64,000 nucleotides of DNA. It comes from an uncultured Spirochaetota bacterium. GTDB taxonomy: Bacteria > Spirochaetota > Spirochaetia > SZUA-6 > Fen-1364. The stretch is from assembly GCA_963845535.1 (NCBI GenBank), contig CAWJSK010000015.1, positions 192,001-256,000 of the forward strand, written 5' to 3'. Below the pieces are notes generated by a model. That model ran no database searches. It was not told the origin of the DNA and saw nothing but the letters and a program-made list of their open reading frames with translations. A program made the translations under genes and the position numbers. Shown piece after piece: positions 37,450 to 47,838 of this stretch; within the stretch, counting starts at the first letter, position 1; each line of letters opens with the position of its first letter.

Positions 37450-38770
37450 GGCAGCATGTGCACTCATCCTCATCCTGGTCATCGTTCCATGCCTCGCCGC
37501 GGAGGAGATCGATCTCGCCTCCTACCTTCAGCGCGTGGAGCAGCACAACAAGGGCCTCGAAATCGCGCGCGGCGATGTGGCCCAAACGGAGAAGATGAAA
37601 GATCAGGCCATGGCCGGACTTCTTCCCAACGCGGGCCTTCAGGTCGGCTATATGCGGAACTTGAATCAGATTTTGCAGCCCGTGGCTTCCTATGCAACGG
37701 CCTCTGCCATGCCGGGCATTTACCCCATCACCTACACCGAACAGATCGCAACGTATGACAATCAATGGGATGTAGGCGGCGCGGTGAACTTTAACATCTT
37801 CGATGCTTCAGCTTGGACGCGATATCGCCAAGCCTCGGAGGGTGTGAACGCACGGAAGGCAGCCTACGACTATCAGCTCAAGGCCGTGATGAATGGCGCA
37901 AAGAAACTCTATTACCAGCTCCTCCTCCTGAACGAGGTCGTCAAGGTCAAGGAAGCATCCGAGAGAATGGCCCAGGACAACTACAACGACGCACAGGCCA
38001 AGTTCACGGTGGGACTCTCCACCGAGCTTGATGCCCTGATGGCCGAAGTGGCATGGAAAGGGAAGGTGCCCGAAACGGCCGAGGTCAGGCGAAACCGCGA
38101 CATTGCCCTTCTCGGCTTCAAACAGCTCGCGGGGATTCCCGCCGAAGAAGACGTGTCGCTCACGGAGAACATGGAAACGTACCCGGACATTCCGGGGGAG
38201 GTCCGTCTGGCTGATGTTCTTTCGGCGCGGGCGGACTACGCGCTGCTCCTTCGGCAGAGGTCGCTCGGCAAGCTTGCAATCGACGCGGCCAAGGCGAACT
38301 ACCTTCCCACACTTTCGGGCAGCTTCGTGATCGACGACCAGTGGCTCATCGGCAATCCCAATCCCGGCTTCAACGAGCTGAACCCGCTCGCCATCCAGCT
38401 CGGGTTCAAGATCACCCTTCCTGTCTATGAGGGCGGGTATCGCGTGGCCAAGCTCGCCGAAGAGGAGATCGGCCTGAAGAAAGCCGACCTTCAGATTGGC
38501 CAGAAGCAGGAGGACATCCAGACCGAGCTGACCAGCGTGAAGCTGCGCCTCGACGAGGCACGACAGCGCATCGAGAACGCAAACGCGGTGCGGGCCGTGG
38601 CTCAACGCGCCTTCGACAGGGCCTCTGTTTCCTTCAAGAACGGCGTTGCCACGCAGCTCCAGCTCAACCAGGCCACGCTCAGCCTGGAGGGGGCCCGCCT
38701 CGCGTTCCTCTCCGCGATCTACGATTACCGGGCCGCATACTTCGACTGGGAGTATGCGGTGGGGCGATGA
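37439..38770 (+). CDS. TolC-family outer membrane efflux protein
   Basis: Signal peptide; 'ANYLPTLS', 'LPVYEGG', 'GVATQLQL'; follows MFP and RND genes. Confidence 0.88.
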   Translation: MKRKAACALILILVIVPCLAAEEIDLASYLQRVEQHNKGLEIARGDVAQTEKMKDQAMAGLLPNAGLQVGYMRNLNQILQPVASYATASAMPGIYPITYTEQIATYDNQWDVGGAVNFNIFDASAWTRYRQASEGVNARKAAYDYQLKAVMNGAKKLYYQLLLLNEVVKVKEASERMAQDNYNDAQAKFTVGLSTELDALMAEVAWKGKVPETAEVRRNRDIALLGFKQLAGIPAEEDVSLTENMETYPDIPGEVRLADVLSARADYALLLRQRSLGKLAIDAAKANYLPTLSGSFVIDDQWLIGNPNPGFNELNPLAIQLGFKITLPVYEGGYRVAKLAEEEIGLKKADLQIGQKQEDIQTELTSVKLRLDEARQRIENANAVRAVAQRAFDRASVSFKNGVATQLQLNQATLSLEGARLAFLSAIYDYRAAYFDWEYAVGR

Positions 38771-38895
38771 GTCATGAACATTATTTCTCCAGCAGGCGTG
38801 ATTCCGGCAGAACGGCGCGCTGCAGCGCCAGCGGGTTGACAACCCAGGACCGAGGCGACGTGCACCGCGCCGCTTCCGCCCATGCCCGGGGCGTC

Positions 38896-40197
38896 TTACG
38901 CGCCCTCGTGCGCCACCTCCATGGCGATGCGCGCCCAGTCCCAGAGCCTCTCGGGCTTATAGCAGACGGTGGAGATGTCCTTCATGATGACCTCCACGTG
39001 GCTCACGCCCTTTGCCCGGTCCACCACGTCTTTCAATGCGGCCCGGGCCCGGCCCGGGTTCCAGCTCTCCTCCACGAAGATGGCCGGGCTGGGCTTGAAG
39101 CTGAGGACGTAATCTCCCTGGACCTCGTCGATGACTTTCGCGAAGTTATTCCACGGGCTCATGGAAAACTTTCGGAGGTTGGGGATGCGGCGAAGGAGCG
39201 GGATCTTCCTGTCCAAGGGCTCGCAGCAGCCGTAGTAGACGAGCCCCCACCGCTCCAGCCAGCGAAGATCGTGGCGCAGGGCGAACTCCCAGTGCATGTC
39301 AGGGGAGACCTCCGCAAAGATCTGCGCGTTGGAGCAGCCCCACATGTTGTGGGGCTGGACCCGGGACGGAAGATACTCGGAACCGGGCAGGTCCCACGTG
39401 TATCCGTACCCGCCGGAGCCAATGCGCGTATTGTTGCAGTCAAGAGAGAGAAGGTTCTGCTCCACGAACTGGTCCAGCTCCGCCATCCACGCGTCCACCA
39501 TGCGCTCCACGGCGGCATTGACCATGTCCGGCCGCTCCACGAGGTCCACCATGGCCTCCTCCAGGCCCCACCAGCGGATGAGGTAGTCCCACGGCGTGAA
39601 CCAGATGTGCGCCTGCCCCACCTTACGCACGGGCATGATGCCGCGGAACAGGTCCTCCATGGCGGCGAAGGTGGCCGCCGTGGTTTCCTCATCATGGGTG
39701 ACCCGGGGCATGCGGATTTTCTCGATATCCGCGGGCTCGCGGATCTGCACGTGGAAATGGCGGGAGATGATCTCGTTGGCTTCGTCCGTGCGCGCAACCT
39801 CCACCTCCTCGTGGATGCCGAAGTCGGTGCTGTGCACGGCCAGGGGACACTCCAGGAAGTCGCTGAATACCATGTCCCCCGGCATGTGGCGCCACTGGTA
39901 AAGGGCGCGGCGCAGCCGCGTCTCCAGCTCCCGTGCCCAGGGATGGACGGTCTGCAGGGTCAGCTCGTCCTCCACGTTCATCTCGTGCCAGGGAATCTCG
40001 TTGATCCACACCATTGGCCGGGCGGACTCCAGGTCGTTGAGCTTGCGCCATAGTCCGGCCTTCTCGCGATGCGCGGGCAGCGAGGCCACGGCCGCCGTCT
40101 CCTGCCCGAGGCGCCTCAGGACTTCCTTCTCTTGCGCGGAGAGGCGGATGTCCGTGTAGCGCTGCGGAGGGCTGTAGCTTCCGGGATCATGCAGCAT
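38896..40197 (-). CDS. URO-D/MtaA-superfamily protein (divergent, 'YGCCEP' type)
   Basis: 'GLEEAMVDLVERPD', 'VSPDMHWEF', 'YYGCCEPLD'. Confidence 0.75.
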   Translation of the reverse strand: MLHDPGSYSPPQRYTDIRLSAQEKEVLRRLGQETAAVASLPAHREKAGLWRKLNDLESARPMVWINEIPWHEMNVEDELTLQTVHPWARELETRLRRALYQWRHMPGDMVFSDFLECPLAVHSTDFGIHEEVEVARTDEANEIISRHFHVQIREPADIEKIRMPRVTHDEETTAATFAAMEDLFRGIMPVRKVGQAHIWFTPWDYLIRWWGLEEAMVDLVERPDMVNAAVERMVDAWMAELDQFVEQNLLSLDCNNTRIGSGGYGYTWDLPGSEYLPSRVQPHNMWGCSNAQIFAEVSPDMHWEFALRHDLRWLERWGLVYYGCCEPLDRKIPLLRRIPNLRKFSMSPWNNFAKVIDEVQGDYVLSFKPSPAIFVEESWNPGRARAALKDVVDRAKGVSHVEVIMKDISTVCYKPERLWDWARIAMEVAHEGA

Positions 40198-40199
40198 GC

Positions 40200-41243
40200 T
40201 CAGTTCCTCCTGTACTCCCGGATCGTTTCGAACATTGCCAGGACATTCTCCAGGGGGGTTTCCTCCAGGATGTAGTCATGGCTTGCACCGGCCACGTAGC
40301 CCCCGCCGGGGGACAGGATGTCCAGTGTGCGGCGGGTCTCGGTCCGCACCGATTCCGGGGTGCCCTTGATCAGGACGTGGTGGGAGTCGATGGCGCCGTT
40401 CAGCAGCAGTCGGCCGCCGAAGTCCCGCTTCAAGCCGGCGGGCTCCATGCCCTCGCAGGACGGCTGGAGCGCATGCGCGCCGTCCAGCCCGGCCCGGATC
40501 ATGGACGGCATGAGGGGACGGAAGCCGCCGCAGCAGTGCAGCATCACCTTGCGGCTATAGCGGTGTCCGAGGTCGATGAGCCGGCGCAGGGAGGACATCG
40601 CGAAGCGCTCGAACAGGTCCACCCCGAGGAGCGGTCCCGTCTGGGAGCCGAAGTCATTGCCAATGAAGAAAATGTCGATGGAGGAACCTGCCGCCTCGAA
40701 GATGGCGCGGCTCACCTCCGCGTAGAAATCCGTCACTTTCTCGAACACCCGGGAGACGACCTCCGGCTGGTCGTACATCGCGTAGTACAGTCCCTCCATG
40801 CCCACGAGGTCGATCACGTCATGCCAGAACGGGGACCAGTCTCCCCCAAGGATGGCGAACTCACCGCCCCAACTGTCCGCTTCGGCCTTGATGCCCGACA
40901 CGTCCATCCACGCGGGGTCTGGCCAGGGGTAGTCCTCCACGTCGCGGATGCATTTTGCCGCGGCAAGGGGATGCGACAGGGGCTGACCATAGCCGATGCC
41001 GGTCCTCTCGATCCCGAATGGGCTCTTCCACGTGGCGCCTCCGGAGAGGCCCAGGTCAGGACCCGTGTAGCGGGCGTACACCCTTCGAAAATCGTCTCCG
41101 AAGCGCCGGCGCAGCCCCTCATCCTCCAGGCCAAGGGCGGCTTTGGCCTTGGCCCAGAACTCCGGGGAAGAGCCGCACCAGGCCGGGACACGGTCCGGCT
41201 CCCGGTGGTCGAAGGCGGTGAGAACCCGCTCCCGGGAGGTCAT
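40200..41243 (-). CDS. URO-D/MtaA-family protein
   Basis: 'MTSRERVL.AF.H.EPDRVP', 'NDFGSQ', 'LHCCG', 'HALQP', 'GGYVAGASH'. Confidence 0.88.
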   Translation of the reverse strand: MTSRERVLTAFDHREPDRVPAWCGSSPEFWAKAKAALGLEDEGLRRRFGDDFRRVYARYTGPDLGLSGGATWKSPFGIERTGIGYGQPLSHPLAAAKCIRDVEDYPWPDPAWMDVSGIKAEADSWGGEFAILGGDWSPFWHDVIDLVGMEGLYYAMYDQPEVVSRVFEKVTDFYAEVSRAIFEAAGSSIDIFFIGNDFGSQTGPLLGVDLFERFAMSSLRRLIDLGHRYSRKVMLHCCGGFRPLMPSMIRAGLDGAHALQPSCEGMEPAGLKRDFGGRLLLNGAIDSHHVLIKGTPESVRTETRRTLDILSPGGGYVAGASHDYILEETPLENVLAMFETIREYRRN

Positions 41244-42421
41244 GGGGAAGGGCTTCCCGCGGCCGGAAGATCGAGCTCACCCAGGGAAAGCGGATATGTG
41301 CCGTGGCGACGCACCAGCTCGACAACGTACTGGTAGCGCTCCGCCGAGACGTTGCTGGGAACGGAATGGTCGGATTGGAAAATGAAGCCGCCGCCTTTGG
41401 CCGCGTTCAACTTGGTGAGGACGATTGTGCGCAGCTCTTCCAAGGGGACGGTTGCCCATGCCCGCGCGTCCATATTCCCGCAGAATCCCATGCGGTGCCC
41501 GAATCTTCGGCGCAAGTCCACAACGTCCAGCCCTGCTTTGGCCTCCAGGGGGTTGTAGGAGTCCAGGCCCATCTCGATGAAGTCCTCGTAGAGGGCCGAA
41601 GCGTTGCCACAGCCGTGGTAGATCACCGGCAGGCCCGCCTCATGGCAGACGCGGATCTGTTCCCGCACAATGGGCTTGAAGTGGCGTCGCCAGAACTCGG
41701 GGGAGAACAGCATGCCGTTGACGTAGGCCACGTCCCCCCAGATCACCATGCCGTCAAGAAGTCCGCCAGCGGCCTTGATCTGGGCCCGGGTCAGCTCAAT
41801 GACGAACCGGCCCAGCCGTTCGATGAACACGCCCAGCTCGTTCGGGTACAGGCCGATCCAGAGCATCACGTTCTCGGATCCGATGATGCGCCACAGCTCT
41901 TCATGGCCCTCGCAGATGCTCCCGTAGACGGGAAAGTCCGGGTGCAGGCTCTTGACCGTCTCGATCCATGCGGGGGAGTTGCGCGTGAAGCCGTCGCCCA
42001 CGCCCGCCACCTGGTTGTCTCCCGCGGAGAACCACCGGCGGTCGTCCCACGGGTCGTCGAACTGGAACGCTTCCATCTTCTCCAGGGAATCAGTCTCGAA
42101 GGAAACGTAATCCGGCATGGGATCCGCGAACTTCTTGCGGATCACCGCCTCGAAACCCGTGCGGACCACCACCTCCTCCTCGTTCTGGGAGAGCACCGTG
42201 AAGTCCTTCACGTGCGGGTCCATGTTCGGGGTGGTGGCGATCCAGTCCAGGTCATAGTGCTTGTAGATGTCCGCGTCCGCCGGCAGTCCCATCTCCCGCC
42301 TCCAGCGCTCCAGGAAGCTTCCCCAGAAGAAATCGCTTACGGGCACGCGGTCGGCTTCCCGGTGGTGCAGTGCGGCGTCCATGCGCGCCAGCTTTGCGGC
42401 GCAGCTCGTGGTTCTCCTCAC
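41240..42421 (-). CDS. URO-D/MtaA-family protein
   Basis: 'DRVPV', 'WGDVAY..GML.SP', 'YHGCGN', 'NPLE', 'GGFIFQSDHSV'. Confidence 0.88.
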   Translation of the reverse strand: MRRTTSCAAKLARMDAALHHREADRVPVSDFFWGSFLERWRREMGLPADADIYKHYDLDWIATTPNMDPHVKDFTVLSQNEEEVVVRTGFEAVIRKKFADPMPDYVSFETDSLEKMEAFQFDDPWDDRRWFSAGDNQVAGVGDGFTRNSPAWIETVKSLHPDFPVYGSICEGHEELWRIIGSENVMLWIGLYPNELGVFIERLGRFVIELTRAQIKAAGGLLDGMVIWGDVAYVNGMLFSPEFWRRHFKPIVREQIRVCHEAGLPVIYHGCGNASALYEDFIEMGLDSYNPLEAKAGLDVVDLRRRFGHRMGFCGNMDARAWATVPLEELRTIVLTKLNAAKGGGFIFQSDHSVPSNVSAERYQYVVELVRRHGTYPLSLGELDLPAAGSPSP

Positions 42422-42487
42422 GTGTTTTCCCCCTAAGCCACGGATGGCTGGGGGTCGGCGCGGCCAGGGATGGCCGTGCGCCGACCC

Positions 42488-42811
42488 TTAATCCAGGTGA
42501 AAGACTTCTTCCATGTCAGCCCACCACTCGTCGGGCCCGCGCCTGGCGATGGGGCTCTGCATGGGCTTCGTAATGGCCCACCACTCCTGCGTCTTCGGGT
42601 CCGCGGCCATTTTCGCCATGTCTTCCGCGTAGTTGCTGCCCACGTACTCGAAGTACGCGAAGAGCTGCCCGTCCCTGTGGTAGATCGAGTAGTTACGGAT
42701 GTTGCATTCCGTGATCTTCGCCAGCACCTGCGGCCACACGCGGGCGTGGCAGCGTTTGTATTCCGCGAGCTTCTCCGGCTTGACACCAATAAGCTGCCCG
42801 TATCTCCGCAT
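42488..42811 (-). CDS. rhaM: L-rhamnose mutarotase family protein
   Basis: 'EYKRCH..VWP.V...I....IRNYSIY....LFAY.EY', 'WW', 'MEEVFHLD'. Confidence 0.88.
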   Translation of the reverse strand: MRRYGQLIGVKPEKLAEYKRCHARVWPQVLAKITECNIRNYSIYHRDGQLFAYFEYVGSNYAEDMAKMAADPKTQEWWAITKPMQSPIARRGPDEWWADMEEVFHLD

Positions 42812-42835
42812 GGGTTCCTCCTCTCACGCTTCTCC

Positions 42836-42868
42836 AAAAGGAGGCCGCCCCCGGGGGAGGCGGCTTCC
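42836..42868 (-). terminator. Hairpin plus U-tract after the binding-protein gene
   Basis: Minus strand GGAAGCCGCC...GGCGGCCTCC followed by TTTT. Confidence 0.6.
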
Positions 42869-42887
42869 CGTCAAAGTGACGCCCCCC

Positions 42888-44093
42888 TTACCACTGGGGC
42901 GGGTAGAACTTCCCGACGTCGGCCGTGGTGATGATGTGCTGGGCAAGGTTCTTGCGGACCGTGAACCCCTTGCCGTTGAACCAATCAGCCGCGGTCTGCG
43001 CGGAGAGCGCGCCGTCGCCTTCTGCCGTCTGGTAGGTGATTCCGAAGAGCTTGCCTGTCTTCACCAGGTCCATGCCCTGCTTCGAGTTGCCTGCCGCCAC
43101 AACAACGACGTCCGTGCGGCCGGCCTTCTCGAGGGCCTGCATGATTCCCAGTGCCTGGCCCGAATCATCTGCTGCGCAAATGCCTTTGAGATCCGTCCCG
43201 TACTTCGTAAGCCAGTCGGAAACGATCTGCATCGTTGCGTTGGCGTCGAAGGTGGCGGGTGCGGGGGAAGCCATGGCCAGGGTCTTTACCTCAGGGGCGT
43301 AGGTGGTGAGCGCGGCGGCCGCGTTGTAGGAGCGCGCGAAGTAGGGCGATCCGCCCGGTGCGTGCTGGACGTAAGCAACGCCAATGCTCTTTGTGCCCGG
43401 GTTCTGCTTGCGGAGCTGGTCGGCCCAGGCTCGGGCAAGAAGGCGGAACTGGCCGAAGTCGTCCGGCCCGGTCCAGCCGAGGGAGTAATTCAGCGCTTCG
43501 TTGTCAGGCAGCGTGTTGAACATGTGCAGGGGGATGCCCGCGGCATTGATCCGGCGAGCCTGCTGGATGCCAGCCTTGGCGTCGAGCGGGATGAGAAGGA
43601 TCATGTCCGGCTTTGCCGCGATGGCCTGGTCGATGAGCTGGTTCTGGACGTTCAAGTCCCAGTTCGGCGAAAGGGCCTTGAAGTTCCACTTGTAGGCATC
43701 CGCCACCTTCTTCGCACCGAGGATGCACGCCGTGGTCCAGGGGTGGTCACCGTGGACGATCATGATGACCGTCTTGCCAATGGCGCCGTCGCCGGGCGAC
43801 TTCGGGAGGTTGGTCGGGGTGACCTTCCAGCCCGCCCACTCCATGTCGTAGAAGTGCATGACATTCGTCATGGGGAGAGCATTCGGGTCCGCGGGCCGGG
43901 CCGGCACACTGGCGGGGGCGGGCGCGGAGGAGACGAGCTGCTGGCCATCGGCGGACTTCAACACTCTCGTGTCGACGGCGAGCGAGGCCTTGAGGTTCGC
44001 CTGCTGGGCGGCCGTCAGCGTCTGGCCGAAGGCCGGCGCAAGGGCAAGCGCCGCAAGGGCAAGCACTACGAGGACGAACTGGAGTCTTTTCAC
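42888..44093 (-). CDS. Sugar ABC transporter substrate-binding protein with N-terminal extension
   Basis: GTG start after AAGGAGG; signal peptide; type I PBP fold motifs. Confidence 0.88.
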   Translation of the reverse strand: MKRLQFVLVVLALAALALAPAFGQTLTAAQQANLKASLAVDTRVLKSADGQQLVSSAPAPASVPARPADPNALPMTNVMHFYDMEWAGWKVTPTNLPKSPGDGAIGKTVIMIVHGDHPWTTACILGAKKVADAYKWNFKALSPNWDLNVQNQLIDQAIAAKPDMILLIPLDAKAGIQQARRINAAGIPLHMFNTLPDNEALNYSLGWTGPDDFGQFRLLARAWADQLRKQNPGTKSIGVAYVQHAPGGSPYFARSYNAAAALTTYAPEVKTLAMASPAPATFDANATMQIVSDWLTKYGTDLKGICAADDSGQALGIMQALEKAGRTDVVVVAAGNSKQGMDLVKTGKLFGITYQTAEGDGALSAQTAADWFNGKGFTVRKNLAQHIITTADVGKFYPPQW

Positions 44094-44175
44094 AAGACTG
44101 CCTCCTTTCGATATGAACACCCGGTCGTCGCCCCTACGGGGCGTTCCGGAAAGGGAACCCTGCGCGCCGCGGGCC

Positions 44176-45225
44176 CTATGCGCCTGCGGTCTTCTTTGCC
44201 TGTGCCGTCAACCGGCGTTCGGCCAGCTCCTTCATGAGCTCGGACCGTTGCCCGAGGTTCTTCTCGTGCCGGTAGACGGCATACGCCTCGTAGAGCACGA
44301 CGTAGGCAAGGATGAGGCCCGCGAAGAATATCTTCACCTCGTTGCCGAGGCCGAAGAGGATGATCCCCGTATAGAGCATCTCGAGGGTCATGATGGCAAC
44401 GACGCTCCGCAGGACGCCTCCCTTGCCTCCCGACATCGCCGTGCCGCCGATGATGGTGGCCGAGATGACGTACATGAGCGAGTTATCGCCAAGGTTGAGC
44501 GTGGCCGAGGTCGAGACGAGGACCGAGACGACCCCGCCGATCGCCGCCGTCGCGCCGGAAAGCACGAAGGCAGCAACGATGGAGCGGTCCGTATTGATGC
44601 CCGCAAGCCAGGCAGTGGCGCGGTTCCCGCCGACGATATAGAAATTGCGCCCCGCCCTGGTGCGCACAAGAATCAGCTCCACGACGACAAGGAGCGCCAG
44701 CGTGATGAGGATGCGCGGAGTGACAAGGGGGAGGAGATTCTTGCTGAGGAAATCCGAGATCGCGAACGCCTGGTCGTTGGAGACGCTGATGGAGTTGCCC
44801 CCCGAGAACTGGTAGACCGTCCCTTGAAGGATGGTCATGGTTCCCAGCGTCACGATAAAAGAGTTGATCTTGGCCTTGGCGACGAGCACACCGTTGAGAA
44901 GGCCGACGAGGGCGCCGCCGACAACGGCCGCCACGATTGCTCCCGGGAAGCCGAGGACGGGCTGGAGGCCGAGGGCGAGCGCGCCGGAGAACGTGACCAC
45001 GCTCCCTATCGAGAGGTCGAGCTGGCCGCAGATCATGACCACCGTGAAGCCGATTGCCGCGGTGGCGTTCAGCGCGATGGCGTTCAGGATGGCGGTGAAG
45101 TTGGAAATGGTGAAGAACCTCGGCGCGAAAAGGGACATGAAGGCGAAAACGACGAGGAGGAGGATATAGATCCTGTACTTGTCCCCGAGCGCGAGGAAGC
45201 TGTTTCGTCCCGCTCTACGCATCAT
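44176..45225 (-). CDS. Sugar ABC transporter permease
   Basis: 'CGQLDLSIGS', 'FIVTLG', 'IIGGTAMSGGKG'. Confidence 0.9.
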   Translation of the reverse strand: MMRRAGRNSFLALGDKYRIYILLLVVFAFMSLFAPRFFTISNFTAILNAIALNATAAIGFTVVMICGQLDLSIGSVVTFSGALALGLQPVLGFPGAIVAAVVGGALVGLLNGVLVAKAKINSFIVTLGTMTILQGTVYQFSGGNSISVSNDQAFAISDFLSKNLLPLVTPRILITLALLVVVELILVRTRAGRNFYIVGGNRATAWLAGINTDRSIVAAFVLSGATAAIGGVVSVLVSTSATLNLGDNSLMYVISATIIGGTAMSGGKGGVLRSVVAIMTLEMLYTGIILFGLGNEVKIFFAGLILAYVVLYEAYAVYRHEKNLGQRSELMKELAERRLTAQAKKTAGA

Positions 45226-46234
45226 CCCTCCCGAGCCGCCTGAGCGACATGGCGTTGACGCCCACCACGATGATGAAGATCGCGCCACGGACCATGTCCT
45301 GGGAGAAGGTGTTGATGCCGATGAGCGTCATGATGTTGTTCAGGATGGCGATGATGAGCGATCCGCCGAGCACGCCCAGGATGGTGCCACGGCCACCCGC
45401 GAGCGTCATGCCTCCGATCACGATGGCCGTGACGGCTTTGAAGTCGTAGCCGGCGCCGTTGTACCAGGCGCCCACACGCGCCAGGGACGTGACCGCCAGG
45501 CCGGCAACGGTCGCGGTGAGGGCGGCGAGCACGAACGAAATCGCGACGGCGCGCTCCACCGCGATGCCGGACAGCTTTGCGGCCCTCGGGGAAGAGCCTG
45601 TCATCTTGAGCTTGATGCCGAATGACGTGCGCGTCAGCACGAACTGGCCAACCACGACCAGCACGAGCAGGATGACGAGCGGCAGGCCTATGAGATTGAA
45701 GAAACGAAGACGATAGATGCTGTCGAAAAGCGCAACGGCGTGCTGTTCGGAGCCGACCATGTCCGGATAGATCTGCTTGTTGACCCATACCAGGCGGATG
45801 ACGCCCATCGTCATGTAGTTCACCGCGAGGGTCCAGATGATGGAGTTGGCCTTGAACTTGCCGACCACGAAGCCGTTCAGGACGCCGATGATCAGGCCAA
45901 CCGCCAGGGAGCCGATGATGGCGACGACGAAGCCGTAGCGGAGGAGCTCAATGCAGATGTAGCCGGTGAATCCCATGGTCGTCGGCGCGGACATGTCGGC
46001 GTAATTGCCCGAGTACGTCACGAAGGCCATGCCGACTGCGACGATGCCGACGAGGGCCGCCGCGTCGACGATGTTGAGCATGTTTTTGGCGGAGAGGAAG
46101 TTGCCAATAGCGCCGGTGGCCTCCAAGAGCGCGCCCAGCGCGAGAAAAAGGACGGCAATGCCGTACACGCCCGCCGTGCTCATGATGCTCGAAAATGAGC
46201 CCGTTCTGACGGCGCGCAGGTCCGCGGTGCTCAT
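45215..46234 (-). CDS. Sugar ABC transporter permease
   Basis: 'RTSFG', 'AAKLSGI', 'VIGGMTLAGGRG'. Confidence 0.9.
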   Translation of the reverse strand: MSTADLRAVRTGSFSSIMSTAGVYGIAVLFLALGALLEATGAIGNFLSAKNMLNIVDAAALVGIVAVGMAFVTYSGNYADMSAPTTMGFTGYICIELLRYGFVVAIIGSLAVGLIIGVLNGFVVGKFKANSIIWTLAVNYMTMGVIRLVWVNKQIYPDMVGSEQHAVALFDSIYRLRFFNLIGLPLVILLVLVVVGQFVLTRTSFGIKLKMTGSSPRAAKLSGIAVERAVAISFVLAALTATVAGLAVTSLARVGAWYNGAGYDFKAVTAIVIGGMTLAGGRGTILGVLGGSLIIAILNNIMTLIGINTFSQDMVRGAIFIIVVGVNAMSLRRLGRDDA

Positions 46235-47748
46235 GAGACGGCTCCGTGGCCGGTGTCGCCATTGGCGGCAAGGAGAAGGCTCTCTTCGCTGCATTCGCAG
46301 TATTGCATCTCGCGGATGAAGCGCCCCTTGCGCATGATCATCACCCGGTCGGAAAGGCCGACGAGCTCCGGAAGATCCGAGGAGATGAGGAGGACCGTGC
46401 AGCCCTCCCGCGCGAGCTTCTCGATGGAGGCGTGGATGGTCATCTTGGCGCCGATGTCCACGCCCCGCGTCGGCTCATCGAGGATGAGCACCTTTGGCTC
46501 ACGCGCGAGCCACTTCGCGAGGAGGACCTTCTGCTGGTTGCCGCCCGAGAGGTTGCCGACAGGGCGGGAAGGATCAGGCGGGTAGATCGAGAGCTCGTGA
46601 ATAAGGCGGTCCACCGCGGGCTTGCCCCGCGCCTTTGAGTAGACCGCGATCCGGGAAAGCCTGTCGACGATGGCCGAGAGGATGTTGTCATCCACGGGGA
46701 GCCTGATTGCGAGGCCCTCGGTCTTGCGGTCCTCGGTAAGGTAGGAGATGCCCTGCTCGAGGACGTCCGCCATGGATGATCCGCGCACGGGCTTGCCGTC
46801 GAGCTCGATCAAGCCCTCGTCCGCGCGGTCGAGGCCGGCGAGGACCTTGGCGAGCTCGGTGCGCCCCGCCCCGGACAGGCCGCAGATGCCGAGGATCTCG
46901 CCTCGCCGGGCCTCGAGGTCCACTCCGTGGAAGAAGCCGAACCGGGACAGGCCCTTGACGCGCAGCCGCACGTCGCCGATGGAGCGCTCGTCACGGCGGT
47001 AGAACTCCTTGACTGATCTACCCACCATCATCTGGACGATCTCCTCCCGTGTGACCTCGCCGATGGGCCTCGTTTCGATCTTCTTTCCGTCCCGCATGAC
47101 CGTGACGCGGTCAGCAATCCGGAAGATCTCCGGCAGGTGGTGGGAGATGTAGACGATGGCGATGCCGCGGCGCTTCAGGTCTCCGATGATGGCGAACAGG
47201 CGCTCGACTTCTTCCCGCGAGAGGGCGCTGGTGGGTTCATCCATCACGAGGATGGAGGGCTTGTTGCCAAGGACCTTCGCGATCTCCACGAGCTGGGCCT
47301 CGTGCTGGCTGATGTCCTCTATGGGCAGGTTGGGGTCCAGGTCGAGGCCCACGGAGGCCAGGAGCTCCTTTGCCTGGGCGCGGGCACGGGCCTTGTCCAG
47401 CAGGAGCGCCCGCTGAGGCAGCCGGCCGGCCAGGAGATTTTCCGTGATGCTGATGGGCCGCGCGAGGCTCAGCTCCTGGTAGATCATCCCGACGCCGTGG
47501 CGCTTTGCCAGCGTGGGGGAGTGGAGAAGGGCCACCCGGCCGTTGATGGCAATCTCGCCGGTATAGTCGTCGAACGAGCCCGCGAGGATTTTCATCAGGG
47601 TGGATTTGCCCGCGCCGTTCTCTCCCACCAGGGCGTGGACTTCTCCGGCCTTCACCTCGAAGCTTACGTCGTCAACGGCAATGGTGCCGGGGAAACGTTT
47701 GCCCACATGCCTCATCTCGAGCGCTTGCCCGGATGACGGTTCGCTCAC
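46231..47748 (-). CDS. Sugar ABC transporter ATP-binding protein (two NBDs)
   Basis: GENGAGKS, 'MDEPTS', 'LSGGNQQK', 'DEPTRGVDIGAK'. Confidence 0.93.
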   Translation of the reverse strand: MSEPSSGQALEMRHVGKRFPGTIAVDDVSFEVKAGEVHALVGENGAGKSTLMKILAGSFDDYTGEIAINGRVALLHSPTLAKRHGVGMIYQELSLARPISITENLLAGRLPQRALLLDKARARAQAKELLASVGLDLDPNLPIEDISQHEAQLVEIAKVLGNKPSILVMDEPTSALSREEVERLFAIIGDLKRRGIAIVYISHHLPEIFRIADRVTVMRDGKKIETRPIGEVTREEIVQMMVGRSVKEFYRRDERSIGDVRLRVKGLSRFGFFHGVDLEARRGEILGICGLSGAGRTELAKVLAGLDRADEGLIELDGKPVRGSSMADVLEQGISYLTEDRKTEGLAIRLPVDDNILSAIVDRLSRIAVYSKARGKPAVDRLIHELSIYPPDPSRPVGNLSGGNQQKVLLAKWLAREPKVLILDEPTRGVDIGAKMTIHASIEKLAREGCTVLLISSDLPELVGLSDRVMIMRKGRFIREMQYCECSEESLLLAANGDTGHGAVS

Positions 47749-47838
47749 GGTGCTCTCCTTGGTGGAAATGGAAATTGGTCAGGAAATCGTATACCCGCCC
47801 TCACCGGCGCCGCAACTTCAAAAACTGTGACTTTCTCT

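Noticed and set aside
38896..42421. Annotation as heme-biosynthetic hemE genes
   Set aside because: No RQAGR motif or hem context; His/Cys metal motifs indicate the MtaA-like branch.
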